Positions 51,391-60,913 of a DNA stretch of 64,000 nt are shown here, in pieces. The notes beneath the pieces are model-generated. The model was not told where the DNA came from. It made no database searches and saw nothing but the letters and a program-made list of their open reading frames with translations. The DNA comes from Thermoanaerobaculia bacterium (GTDB taxonomy: Bacteria; Acidobacteriota; Thermoanaerobaculia; Multivoradales; JAIOJS01): NCBI GenBank assembly GCA_963837455.1, contig CAWINM010000001.1, positions 452,832-516,831 on the forward strand, written 5' to 3'. The position numbers and the translations under genes were made by a program. Every line of letters starts with the position of its first letter. Position 1 is the stretch's first letter.

Positions 51391-53847
51391 ATGATTCCAC
51401 GCAGCCGCGAGCGGACGCCGGGCCGATTCCTCGCCGTGCTTGCCCGTTCCTTTCCGGAGACGGCCCGCGACCTGCAACTGGGAGCCCGCTGGTTGCTGCG
51501 CCGCCGGCTCTTCGCGGTGGCGGCGATCGGTATCCTCGCCTTCGGCACCGCCACCGCGGGCTCCATCCTGGCGCTGGTGCACGGCGTCCTCCTGCGTCCT
51601 CTCCCCTACCCGCACCCGCAGCGCCTGGCGGTGGTGTGGGAGCGCAACGTGCCGCGCCAGAAGGGAGAGAACGTCGTCTCGATGGACAACTTCGAGAGCT
51701 GGCGCGCGCGCGCCACCTCGTTCGCGAGCCTCGCCGCATTGGTCCCGGACCGCGCGACGCTGCGCGCCGGCACGCCGGTGAGCATCCGTGGCGCGGCGGT
51801 GACGCCGAGCTGGTTCCGCGTCGTCGGCGTCGTGCCCGCCCTCGGCCGCGGTTTCGATGAGGCCGAGGCGCACGACGGTGCGGCGGTGGTGCTGCTCAGC
51901 GACGCGCTGTGGCGGATCCGCTTCGCCGCCGACCGCCACGTGCTCGGGCGCGACATCGAGCTCGGCAGCCACCCTTTCCGGGTCGTCGGCGTCATGCCCC
52001 AGGGCTTCGAGCCCCCGGCGTTCGGCTGGCTCGGCCGCGAGCAGGCCTACTGGGTGCCCTTCGCCGCCACGCCACAAAACCGGCAGTGGGGGCGCTTCCT
52101 CCTCGTCCTCGGCAGGCTCCGCCCAGGGGTCACGGTGGCGACCGCCGATCGCGAGATGGCAGCGGTGGCCGCCACCATCGGCCGCGAACGCGCCAGCAAC
52201 CGCGACTGGACCGCCGACGTGGTGGGGCTGCGCGAGCAGGTGGCGAGCCCGGTGCGGACGCCCCTGCTGGCACTGCTCGTCGCCGCCGCCCTCATCCTGT
52301 TGTCGGCGGTGACCAACGTCGCCGCGCTCGCCCTCACCCACCTGCGCGGCCGCGAGGTCGAGCTCGCCGTGCGCGGCGCGCTCGGCGCCGGCCACGGCCG
52401 CATCGCGCGCCAGCTGTGGGCGGAGGCGGCGCTGGTCTTCCTCGCCGGCGGCGCCCTCGGTCTGCTGGGTGCGGGGGCCGGAGTCGGCCTGTTGCGTCGC
52501 GTGCTGCCCGCCGACCTGCCGCGCCTCGGCGAGGTGCGCCTCGGCGGCCTCGAGGCGGTGAGCGTGGCGGCGCTGCTCGGGCTCGCCCTCGTCGCGCTGT
52601 CGCTGCTGCACGCGGCCGTCGCCCGGCGCCATGCCACCACCCTGCCCACCCGGCGCCTCGCCGGCACGCGCGTCGTGGGCGCCCGCGGCGAGCGCCGCCT
52701 GGTGGTGGCCCAGGTGGCGCTGGCGGTGACGCTCGCCATCGGCGCCGGCCTCGCTGCACGTGGCTTCGCTCGCCTCCAGCACCGGCAGCTCGGTTTCGAG
52801 CCGCGCGACGTCCTGTCGTTCCGCATCGCCCTCGGCAGCGACCGTTACGACGATCCGGCGCGGCTCGCCTTCGTAGACGGCCTGCTGCGGAGTCTCGGCG
52901 GGATCCCCGGGGTCACCGCGACGGCGGCGGCCAGCCAGCGGCCGCTCACCGGCGCCGGCCCGGCGACCTCCGTACATGCCGTGGGCCCGCCCTCGCCCAC
53001 CGACCCGGTGGCGGACCTGCGCGCCGTCACCCCGGGGTTCTTCCGCCTGCTCGGCATGCGTCTGCTCGCCGGCTCGCCACCTCCCGTCGGCGTGACCGCG
53101 GAGCCGCCGCGGCAGGTGGTGGTGAGCGCCGGGCTCGCCCGCGAGCTGTGGCCAGGCAAGGACCCCATCGGCCAGACGCTGGTGATCGATCCCGAGCACC
53201 ACCTCGAGCCCGAGGTGGTCGGCGTCGCCGACGACATCCTCATGGAGGGACCCACCGTTCCCGGACGGGCCGCGGTGTACTTCGGCCTCGGGCAGTGGCC
53301 GAGCGAGAGCTTTGACCTGCTGCTGCGCAGCGGCCTCCCGCTTTCCGGCCTGCTGCCGGCGCTCCAGCACGCGGTGTGGTCGCAGGATCCCGAGCTGGCG
53401 CTCACCAACCTCGCCGCGCTCGGCGAGGAGACCCGCGAGGCGATGGCGCAGCAGCGCGCCACCACCGCCGTGCTCGCCGCCTTCTCTGCCTGCGCACTGC
53501 TGCTGGCGGCGGCGGGCGTCTACGCCGCGCTCGCGCTCGAGGTCACCCTGCGCCGCCGCGAGCTGGCGGTGCGCGCCGCCCTCGGCGAGCTGCCGCGATC
53601 GCTGGTCGGACGCCTCGCCGGCGGCAGCGTCCGTCTCGCCGCTCTCGGCTGGCTGTTCGGCAGCGCGGCGGCGGCCATGCTGACGCGGTTCATGACCGCC
53701 ATGCTGCAAGGGGTGGAGCCGCTCGACCCCGCGACCTTCTCGACGGCTCTCGCGCTGGTGCTCGCCATGGCCCTGGCGGCGGCGGCGCTGCCGGCGTGGC
53801 GCGCCGCGCGCGTCGATCCCCTCGCGGCGCTGCAGGGCGAGGGCTAG
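51391..53847 (+). CDS. ADOP-type duplicated FtsX permease (two MacB-PCD + FtsX modules), orphan (no adjacent ATPase)
   Basis: 818 aa with two repeats of a periplasmic domain followed by a 3-TM FtsX bundle. AGAGG RBS before the ATG at 51391. Confidence 0.8.
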   Translation: MIPRSRERTPGRFLAVLARSFPETARDLQLGARWLLRRRLFAVAAIGILAFGTATAGSILALVHGVLLRPLPYPHPQRLAVVWERNVPRQKGENVVSMDNFESWRARATSFASLAALVPDRATLRAGTPVSIRGAAVTPSWFRVVGVVPALGRGFDEAEAHDGAAVVLLSDALWRIRFAADRHVLGRDIELGSHPFRVVGVMPQGFEPPAFGWLGREQAYWVPFAATPQNRQWGRFLLVLGRLRPGVTVATADREMAAVAATIGRERASNRDWTADVVGLREQVASPVRTPLLALLVAAALILLSAVTNVAALALTHLRGREVELAVRGALGAGHGRIARQLWAEAALVFLAGGALGLLGAGAGVGLLRRVLPADLPRLGEVRLGGLEAVSVAALLGLALVALSLLHAAVARRHATTLPTRRLAGTRVVGARGERRLVVAQVALAVTLAIGAGLAARGFARLQHRQLGFEPRDVLSFRIALGSDRYDDPARLAFVDGLLRSLGGIPGVTATAAASQRPLTGAGPATSVHAVGPPSPTDPVADLRAVTPGFFRLLGMRLLAGSPPPVGVTAEPPRQVVVSAGLARELWPGKDPIGQTLVIDPEHHLEPEVVGVADDILMEGPTVPGRAAVYFGLGQWPSESFDLLLRSGLPLSGLLPALQHAVWSQDPELALTNLAALGEETREAMAQQRATTAVLAAFSACALLLAAAGVYAALALEVTLRRRELAVRAALGELPRSLVGRLAGGSVRLAALGWLFGSAAAAMLTRFMTAMLQGVEPLDPATFSTALALVLAMALAAAALPAWRAARVDPLAALQGEG

Positions 53848-53857
53848 CGGCGGCCGC

Positions 53858-55126
53858 TCACCAGGCGACGAGCGCCGCCGGGCCCGGCCAGGCGGCGAGC
53901 ACCGCCAGGCCGACGAGCAGCCCGATTCCCCACAGCACGCCGATCCGCCGCCCCAGCGTCCGGCCGCCGAGCACCGCCACCACGCCCGCCTTGAAGACCA
54001 GGTTGGCGAGCGAGGCGAAGAGGATCAGCCGCCAGGCGAGGTCGGCGTCGAGCGTGCCCCCCCGCACCAGCTGCGCGCTCGACAAGGTGATGGCCTCGAG
54101 GTCGACGAGCCCCGACATGCCGGCGACGGCGAAGAGGCCGCGGCTGCCGAACTGCGCCTTCGCCCAGGCAACGGCGAGGACCACCAGCGCGTAGACGACG
54201 GCAAAGACCAGGGCCGTGCTCAGCTCGCTCGGGTTGCCGTGCTCGACGGGCTGGGCCTTTTCGTCGGGGGCGCGGCGGCCGGTGCCCCACCAGGCGAGAC
54301 CGCCGAGCACCGCCAGCATGAACAGCAGTGGCGCCGCGGCACGGGCGAGGAGGCCCACAGAGACGATCGCCATCTCGACGAGAACGCGCAGGTAGATGAC
54401 CGCGGTGGCGATGAGGATCACCTGCAGCGCGCCCTCGAGGCTGGCCGCGCCCTCGCGGGCGCGGCGGCTGAATGTGACGGTGGTGGCGGTGCTCGACACC
54501 AGACCGCCGAGCACGCCGCCGAGCAGGTTGCCGCCGCGCGCGCCGAGTGTCTTGTTACCCACGTAGGCGGCCAGCGACAGGCCGACGATGAGCACCACCA
54601 TCCACCACACCTGGCGCGGGTTGAGCACCTCGTAGGGGCCGAAGGTGCGGTCCGGAAGCAGCGGCAGCACCACCAGCGAGACGAGCACGAACTGCATCAC
54701 CGCTCGCAGGTCCTCGTCGCCCAGCCGGGTGGCGAAGCGATGCAGCGGCACCTTGAGCTGCAGCAGCACCACTGTGGCACCGGCGATCGCCACCGCCACC
54801 TGTGGGTGCCCGACCATGAGGTAGCCGCCGAGGGCGAACATCAGCAGCACCGTCACCTCGGTGGTCACCCCGGCGTCGGGGTGCCCGGCATGGATCTTCG
54901 CCAGGTTGCCGACGAACACCACCGCGGTGAGGCTGACGAAGCCGCCGACGAGCACCCAACCGCCGAAGTCGAAGGCGAGCAGGCCGCACACCGCACCGGT
55001 GAGGGTCACCAGCGGGAAGGTGCGGAAGCCCGCGATGTCGCCCGTCTTGCGCTCGCGCTGCAGGCCGACGAGAAGCCCCAGCCCGAGGGCGATCCCCAGC
55101 CGCAGGAAGACGTCGGCGAGCTCCAC
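53858..55126 (-). CDS. MgtC/SapB-family membrane protein with C-terminal DUF4010 domain
   Basis: N-terminal MgtC-like motif (ALGLGLLVGLQRE...GFRTFPLV) and a multi-TM C-terminal domain. 422 aa. Confidence 0.8.
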   Translation of the reverse strand: MELADVFLRLGIALGLGLLVGLQRERKTGDIAGFRTFPLVTLTGAVCGLLAFDFGGWVLVGGFVSLTAVVFVGNLAKIHAGHPDAGVTTEVTVLLMFALGGYLMVGHPQVAVAIAGATVVLLQLKVPLHRFATRLGDEDLRAVMQFVLVSLVVLPLLPDRTFGPYEVLNPRQVWWMVVLIVGLSLAAYVGNKTLGARGGNLLGGVLGGLVSSTATTVTFSRRAREGAASLEGALQVILIATAVIYLRVLVEMAIVSVGLLARAAAPLLFMLAVLGGLAWWGTGRRAPDEKAQPVEHGNPSELSTALVFAVVYALVVLAVAWAKAQFGSRGLFAVAGMSGLVDLEAITLSSAQLVRGGTLDADLAWRLILFASLANLVFKAGVVAVLGGRTLGRRIGVLWGIGLLVGLAVLAAWPGPAALVAW

Positions 55127-55268
55127 AGCTGAGCGATCCTAGCCCGGACCGCGCAGCGGCACACCGTTGTCCCACGGCCTCCACAGCGGCCCGGCGCCGC
55201 CCCCGACACGGTTGCGCTAGGCTCCTTGCCCCCCGGTTGTCGGTCCCCTGGCGCCGAGCCGCTGCGAC

Positions 55269-57342
55269 TCAGGGCGAGCCGGCGCTCCAGGCCCCGGTCG
55301 TGCCGCCCTCGAAGCCGTCGCTGAAGAGCGCGCCGATGGCGTCGGGGGTGATGGTGAAGTCGGCGTTGGAGACGTCGAAGAAGACGTTGCCGACGCACGA
55401 CACCCGGATGCGTGCCTGCGTGGTCGGCAGGTTGGGGACGGTGATGCTCTCCGTACCGTCGTTGGCAGTGGTGGCGGCGATGACGGTGGGAAACGTGTTG
55501 CCACCGTCGGTGGACAGCGCGATGGCGACGCTGGCGCAGGAGACCGGCGCGAGGTCGGTGCCGGCGACGGCCCAGGTGATCGTCTGCGTGCTGTTGCCCG
55601 CCCAGCTGGCGGCGGTGTTGGGCTGGGTCACGGTGAACGGCCCAGCCGCGGCGGCAACGGTCACCGTCGTGGTGTCCCAGTCGACGCCACCGCCGCCGAG
55701 CTGGTTGTCGCGCGCGGTGAGCCGGAAGGTCAGGGTGCGGTCGCGCGTCGACATCGACTCGCCGAGGGTGGCGATGTTGGCGAGGATGTCGGAGAGACGC
55801 GGGAAGGTGCGGCTGGGAACCGTCAGCGGCACGAAGGAGCGGAAGATCGGCCGCGCCGCGGCGACGTCGTCGTTGGGAGGCGCCGCGGCGCCGAGGTCGA
55901 GCTCCTCCCACATGTAGGTCAGCGAGCCGGGCGCCTCGGCATCGCTGGCCGAGCCGGTGAGCGTGAACGGCGTCTGCTCGGGGATGGTGTAGGCGGCACC
56001 GGCGTCGACGCTGGGCGCGGTATTGCCGGTGGCGGTGATCGCCGCACAGGAGCTGCCGGTGACGCCGGTCGAGAAGGCGACGATCTCGTCGAAGCTCTTG
56101 GTGTGGAAGGTGTCGTCGCTGTGCGGCTGCAGATCCTCGGCGCCGCAGATGCCGGCGTAGGCCATGATCGTCGAGCCGCTGCCGGGCTCGTAGGCGGCAG
56201 AGCTGCTGCGGTTGCCGCCGCCGCAGTTGCCGGTGGTGCCGTTGAAGGTGTGGTTGGCGCCGAACTGGTGCCCCATCTCGTGGGCCACGTAGTCGACGTC
56301 GAAGCCGTCGCCGACCGGGTTCGAGGAGCCGGTGACGCCGCGTGCCTTGGTGCCGGTGCAGGGAACCCTGAGGTTGGCCACACCGCCGCCGCCGGTCGAG
56401 AAGACGTGCCCGACGTCGTAGTTGGCGGCGCCGATGACGCCGTCGAGGGTGGTCTGGTTCTGGCCCGAACATCGTCGGGCCGTTGTTGTTGGTGTAGGGG
56501 TCGGTGGCGCCGTTGGTGTAGACGACGAGGTCGTCGTTGGCGACCAGCACCATGCGGATCGCCACCTCGCGCTCGTAGATGCCGTCGACACGGTTCATCG
56601 ACACCGCCATGGCGTTCATCGCGCAGGCGACGGCGGCCGGGTTGGGGGCGCACACCGCCGTCGAGTACTCGCCGGTGGCGGCGAGCGCCAGGCGGTAGGT
56701 GCGCAGCTGGGTGCCGGAGGCGGCGGCGGGGACGGGGACGGCCGCCGGTGGCAGGGCAGCGTCGACGCCCGCCGCGTCACCCTTCACCTCGCAGCGGAAG
56801 GGGGGCCCCGCCGGCCGCGCCTCGCGCTTCCAGTAGCTGAGGGCGTAGCGCTCGTCCCAGCGGCGGTAGGGAGCGATGAAGAGCGTTCCCGACGTCGACA
56901 GCACCATGGCGTGGAACCCCAGGGAGGTCAGGCTCAGCCGGGCGGTGGCCGCGGGGTCGTCGACACCCTTGGCGGCGAAGGTCCGGATCTCGGGGAACCT
57001 CGCGGCCAGCGCGGGCTCGAGGATCGGCGACTCCTCGACCCGGAAGGTGCGGTCGGTGCCGTCGGGGTAGGGCAGCAGCAGGGTCACCGGCGCAGAGAGG
57101 GCGGCGGCCGAGCCCTCCCGCGGCGCCCGCGCCAGCCGCCCCTCGAGCTCCGCGACGTCCACCTCGAGCAGCCGGAAGTGCCGCGGGAGGGGGATCTCCC
57201 GCGCGCCTCCGCGCGGCGCCGCGGCCAGCGCCGACGCCAACGGCAGGTCGTGGAACGGGCTGCCCTGGGCCTCGGCGGGGACGGCGCCGAGGCAGATGCA
57301 GGTGGCGAGCATGGCAAACTGCAGGTGCCGTGTGATGGGCAT
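55269..57342 (-). CDS. secreted reprolysin-like (M12B-type metzincin) zinc metalloprotease, one frameshift near 56470
   Basis: Signal peptide. HEMGHQFGANH zinc-binding motif in ORF 55269..56591. The N-terminal 290 aa are in ORF 55006..57342. The junction MFG|QNQTTLDG implies a 1-nt insertion. Confidence 0.7.
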
Positions 57343-57367
57343 CGGGGGTTCCTCGGAGGGGCAGGAA

Positions 57368-58855
57368 CTAGGCGGCTCCGCTCGCGGGCGTGGGTACCGG
57401 CACCCCCGCCGCGAGAGCGGTGCCCGCGCCGGGTTCCGCCTCGCCCGCCGGCAGGTGCGCGATCGAGTTGGCGTAGTAGGCGACGGTCGCCTCCTCGCCC
57501 GGCGCCAGGCGCAGCAGCCCCTCCCCGTCCTCCACCACCAGGCGGCGCAGCTGCAGCATCCGCAGGCCGACGGTGAATGCGTAGTCGACGTCCTGCCGCG
57601 GCAGGTACACGCGCGCGCCGGCGGCCTCCAGCCGATGCAGCAGCGCGTACGCCTCGGCCGCCAGCTCGAGGGGGGAGAAGCGCCGCTCCGGCTGCCGCCG
57701 CAGCACCGCGGCGACGATGGCCACCGGCACCACCGGGATCACCTGCCCGACGCGGTCCATCAGGTCGCCGGCCAGCTCCTCGATGCGGGCGAAGCGCTCC
57801 TCGCGCGACAGCGGCCGGGGGTCGAGCCGGCGCGCCGCACACCACTCCCGCAGGTAGAGCGGCGTGCCGAAGCTCACGCACGCGTAGCCGAAGCGGTGCC
57901 AGCGCCCGGTGACGGCGAGCCACAGCTGGCGGCCGACGAAGCCGGCGAGGTTGCCGGCCGCCCGCGCCGCCCCCGGCCGCGGCGTCGATGGCGCCACGTC
58001 GAGCAGCAGCGTGCGGTCCTCGAGCACGCGGTCGTAGTTGACCGCCACCGGAACGAAGACGACGTCGCGCGCCCCCTCGGGGTCGAAGGCCTTGACGATG
58101 TAGTCGAGCAGCCCGAGCTTGGCGACACCAAGGCGGCCGTCGCGCGACAACCCGCCCTCGGGGAAGATCGCCTGCGGCACGCCCGCCGCCGTCGCCATCT
58201 GCACGTAGCGCTCGAGCACGCGCCGGTAGAGCGCGTTGCGCGAGCGGCGGCGCACGAAGTAGGCGCCCATCGCCTTGAGCAGGCTCTCCAGCGGCCAGAT
58301 GCGGGCCCACTCCCCCACCGCGTAGGAGAGCGCCGTGCGCGACGCCGCCAGGTGGGCCACCAGCAGGTAGTCCATGTTGCTGCGGTGGTTGATGACGAAC
58401 ACCACGCTCGACTCCCGGGGCACCGCCGCCAGCGCCTCCTCGTCGAGCCAGCCGACGCGCACCCGGTAGAGCAGCTGCGCCAGCGAGCGCGAGGCCCAGT
58501 AGCCGAGGCGGAAGTAGAAGTAGGCGTTGAAGGCGGGAACGATCTCGCGCGCGTAGCGCTCGACCTTGGCCATCGCCACCTCGCGCGGCATCCCCTGCTC
58601 GAGGGCGAACGCCTGCGCCGCCTCCAGCACCTGGGCGTCGAACACCAGCCGATCGATCAGCACCCGGCGGCGGGTGAGCTGGAAGGGGCGGATCTCGATC
58701 TGAAAGCGGTGCCGCACCTCCTCCAGCACCCGGTTGGCGCGCGAGCGCAGGAACCAGCGCACGCTCGGCAGCAGCAGCCGGTCGAGCGCCGCCCACGCCA
58801 CCACCGCGAGCAGCAGCACGAGGAGCCAGAGCGGGACGGCGACGGAGTGGGTCAT
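57368..58855 (-). CDS. PlsB-like glycerol-3-phosphate / lysophospholipid acyltransferase
   Basis: HxxxxD motif (VINHRSNMDYLLV) and an FPEGGLSRDG block. N-terminal TM helix. 495 aa. Confidence 0.75.
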   Translation of the reverse strand: MTHSVAVPLWLLVLLLAVVAWAALDRLLLPSVRWFLRSRANRVLEEVRHRFQIEIRPFQLTRRRVLIDRLVFDAQVLEAAQAFALEQGMPREVAMAKVERYAREIVPAFNAYFYFRLGYWASRSLAQLLYRVRVGWLDEEALAAVPRESSVVFVINHRSNMDYLLVAHLAASRTALSYAVGEWARIWPLESLLKAMGAYFVRRRSRNALYRRVLERYVQMATAAGVPQAIFPEGGLSRDGRLGVAKLGLLDYIVKAFDPEGARDVVFVPVAVNYDRVLEDRTLLLDVAPSTPRPGAARAAGNLAGFVGRQLWLAVTGRWHRFGYACVSFGTPLYLREWCAARRLDPRPLSREERFARIEELAGDLMDRVGQVIPVVPVAIVAAVLRRQPERRFSPLELAAEAYALLHRLEAAGARVYLPRQDVDYAFTVGLRMLQLRRLVVEDGEGLLRLAPGEEATVAYYANSIAHLPAGEAEPGAGTALAAGVPVPTPASGAA

Positions 58856-58929
58856 GCGCACCCCAAGGTGGCGAGACGTCCGGGCGCCGCGAGCCGGGCG
58901 GCTCCGCGGCACCGTGCTAGCCTGCCGGC

Positions 58930-59493
58930 GTGGGTGCTGCGCACGTTATGCCAGCGGGCCCGGGCGACCAAACCACGGCCGACTCGTCGGCGGGGGAGCG
59001 ACCTTCGGAGCCGGCGGCGGCGGCCATCGCCCCGGGCCGCGCAGCGACCTCCGAGGTGATCCGCGCGGGCGGCCAGCCCGGCGCTTGGGAGGGCATCGAC
59101 TCCCTCCCCTATCGCCACTCCCTCACCGGCGGCGACGACCACCGCGGGTCGGCGGTGACGCGCCGGCTGCTCGCCGGTGGCACGGCGAGCGGCTGCGCCT
59201 TCGAGCTGCGTTACTTCGAGCTCGCTCCCGGCGGCCGCACGGCGCGCGAGCGCCACCAGCACGCGCACGCGGTTGTCGTCCTGCGCGGTGCCGGCGAGGT
59301 GCGGCTCGGCGAGGTCGTCGCGACGCTCGCTCCCGGCGACCTCGTACGGGTGGCGCCCGCGGAGCCGCATCAGTTCCGCAACCCGGGGTCGGAGCCATTC
59401 GGCTTCCTCTGCGTCGTCGACGCCGAGCGCGACGCGCCGACCCCGCTCGACGACGACGACGCGCCGTCCTGCAGCGTCGCGCCGGGCGGGTAG
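58930..59493 (+). CDS. cupin-domain protein
   Basis: Cupin_2-like two-His motifs (HQHAHAVVVLRG...GDLVRVAPAEPHQF). The start is uncertain. Confidence 0.6.
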   Translation: MGAAHVMPAGPGDQTTADSSAGERPSEPAAAAIAPGRAATSEVIRAGGQPGAWEGIDSLPYRHSLTGGDDHRGSAVTRRLLAGGTASGCAFELRYFELAPGGRTARERHQHAHAVVVLRGAGEVRLGEVVATLAPGDLVRVAPAEPHQFRNPGSEPFGFLCVVDAERDAPTPLDDDDAPSCSVAPGG

Positions 59494-59614
59494 CGGCCCA
59501 CCCGCCCGCCCTTCCTGCGCTTCGGGCACACCTGCTGGCGGCGGGCCGGAGCCGGCGAACCCTTCCGCTCGGCGAGGGGCGGACCACGGGCGGGCGGGAC
59601 GAGGCGGGCCGGTG

Positions 59615-59645
59615 TTGACATATCGGACCAAGCCGGTCCAGAATC
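59615..59645 (+). promoter_or_regulatory. candidate sigma-70 promoter (TTGACA-N18-CAGAAT) with embedded inverted repeat GGACCaagccGGTCC, immediately upstream of apbE
   Basis: Perfect -35 hexamer at 59615-59620 and a 5-bp-arm palindrome in the spacer (59625-59639). The region 59600-59760 is conspicuously AT-rich for this genome. Confidence 0.25.
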
Positions 59646-59656
59646 TCTGCAGGCAA

Positions 59657-60862
59657 ATGAGACAACGTCTCAACAGCGGCTCGAGCCTTCCGGCTTCATT
59701 CGCGACCTATTCCGTAACTCTTTCTGGAGCAATAGCTTGCCGATCGAGCCACCTGCTGGCCCGGGGGCTCCTCGGGGTGGCCGTGCTCGCTGCGCTGGCC
59801 GCCGGTGCCCTCGCGGGTACCCACGGGGCCGCCGGCAACGGGCGCCACGTCACCGTCGAGCGGCAGCTCTACCTGATGGGTACGCGGGCCAGCCTGGCCA
59901 TTACGGCCGACAGCCACGCCGCCGCGGCGGCCGGCGCCGAGGCGGGCGTGCGCGCCCTCGAGGCCACCGCCGAGCGCCTCTCCACCTGGCGCGAGAGCAG
60001 CGAGCTGTCGCGCCTCAATCGGGCCCCGGCCGGAACGCCCGTGCCGCTGTCGCCCCGCCTCGCCGGCGAGCTCGCCGCCGCCACCGCTTGCGCCGCCGAC
60101 ACCGGCGGCGCCTTCGACCCCGACGTCGGGCGGCTGATCGACCTCTGGGACCTGCGCGGTGGCGGCCGGGTGCCGTCGCCGCGGGAGGTCGCCGCCGCGC
60201 TCCCCGCCACCCGGCTCGACGCCCTCGAGCTGCGGGGGCGCACCGCCGTCCGCCGCCACCCCGAGCTGCGGCTCGAAGAGGGCGCCTGGGGCAAGGGTGC
60301 CGGCGTGGACGCCGCGCTGGCCGCGCTGCGCGCCGAGCCCGCCGTCACCGGCGCCTGGCTCGACCTCGGCGGACAGGCGGCGGTGCTCGGGGATGAGGCC
60401 TGGGAGGCCACCGTCGCCGACCCCGCCGACCGCGCGCGCCCGGTGGTCGCCGTGGCGCTCGCCGGCGGCTCGCTGGCGACCAGCGGCAACGGCGAGCACG
60501 GCCTGCGCGTGGAAGGACGGCGCCTAGGCCACCTCCTCGATCCGCGCAGCGGTGCTCCCGCGCCCGACTTCGGCACGCTCACCGTGTGGGCGGCCCAGGG
60601 GCTCCGCGCCGACTGCCTGTCGACCGGGCTCTTCGTCATGGGGCCCGCCGCCGCCCTCGACTGGGCTGCCGCGCACCCCGAGGTGGCGGTGCTGGTGCTG
60701 CGGCGCGACGGCGGCGCCCTGACGCTCGCGGCGAGCGCCAACCTCGCCGGGCGCCTGCGGCCCCTCGTCCCCGAGCTGACGATGTCGTTCCCCGAGGTCC
60801 GAGAGAAGAACGAAGGAGCAGCGGGCCGGATCGCCTGGCAGCGCGGGCCCGCTGCCCCCTGA
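59657..60862 (+). CDS. apbE: FAD:protein FMN transferase (ApbE family)
   Basis: ApbE conservation throughout (…ADPADRARPVVAVALAGGSLATSGNGEHG…LGHLLDPRSG…). N-terminal hydrophobic signal/anchor. The start (59657) is tentative. Confidence 0.8.
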   Translation: MRQRLNSGSSLPASFATYSVTLSGAIACRSSHLLARGLLGVAVLAALAAGALAGTHGAAGNGRHVTVERQLYLMGTRASLAITADSHAAAAAGAEAGVRALEATAERLSTWRESSELSRLNRAPAGTPVPLSPRLAGELAAATACAADTGGAFDPDVGRLIDLWDLRGGGRVPSPREVAAALPATRLDALELRGRTAVRRHPELRLEEGAWGKGAGVDAALAALRAEPAVTGAWLDLGGQAAVLGDEAWEATVADPADRARPVVAVALAGGSLATSGNGEHGLRVEGRRLGHLLDPRSGAPAPDFGTLTVWAAQGLRADCLSTGLFVMGPAAALDWAAAHPEVAVLVLRRDGGALTLAASANLAGRLRPLVPELTMSFPEVREKNEGAAGRIAWQRGPAAP

Positions 60863-60913
60863 CCGCCCACGGACGGGCGTTGGCGCGCCCGGCGTGGACA
60901 GCGAGGAGAGTGT

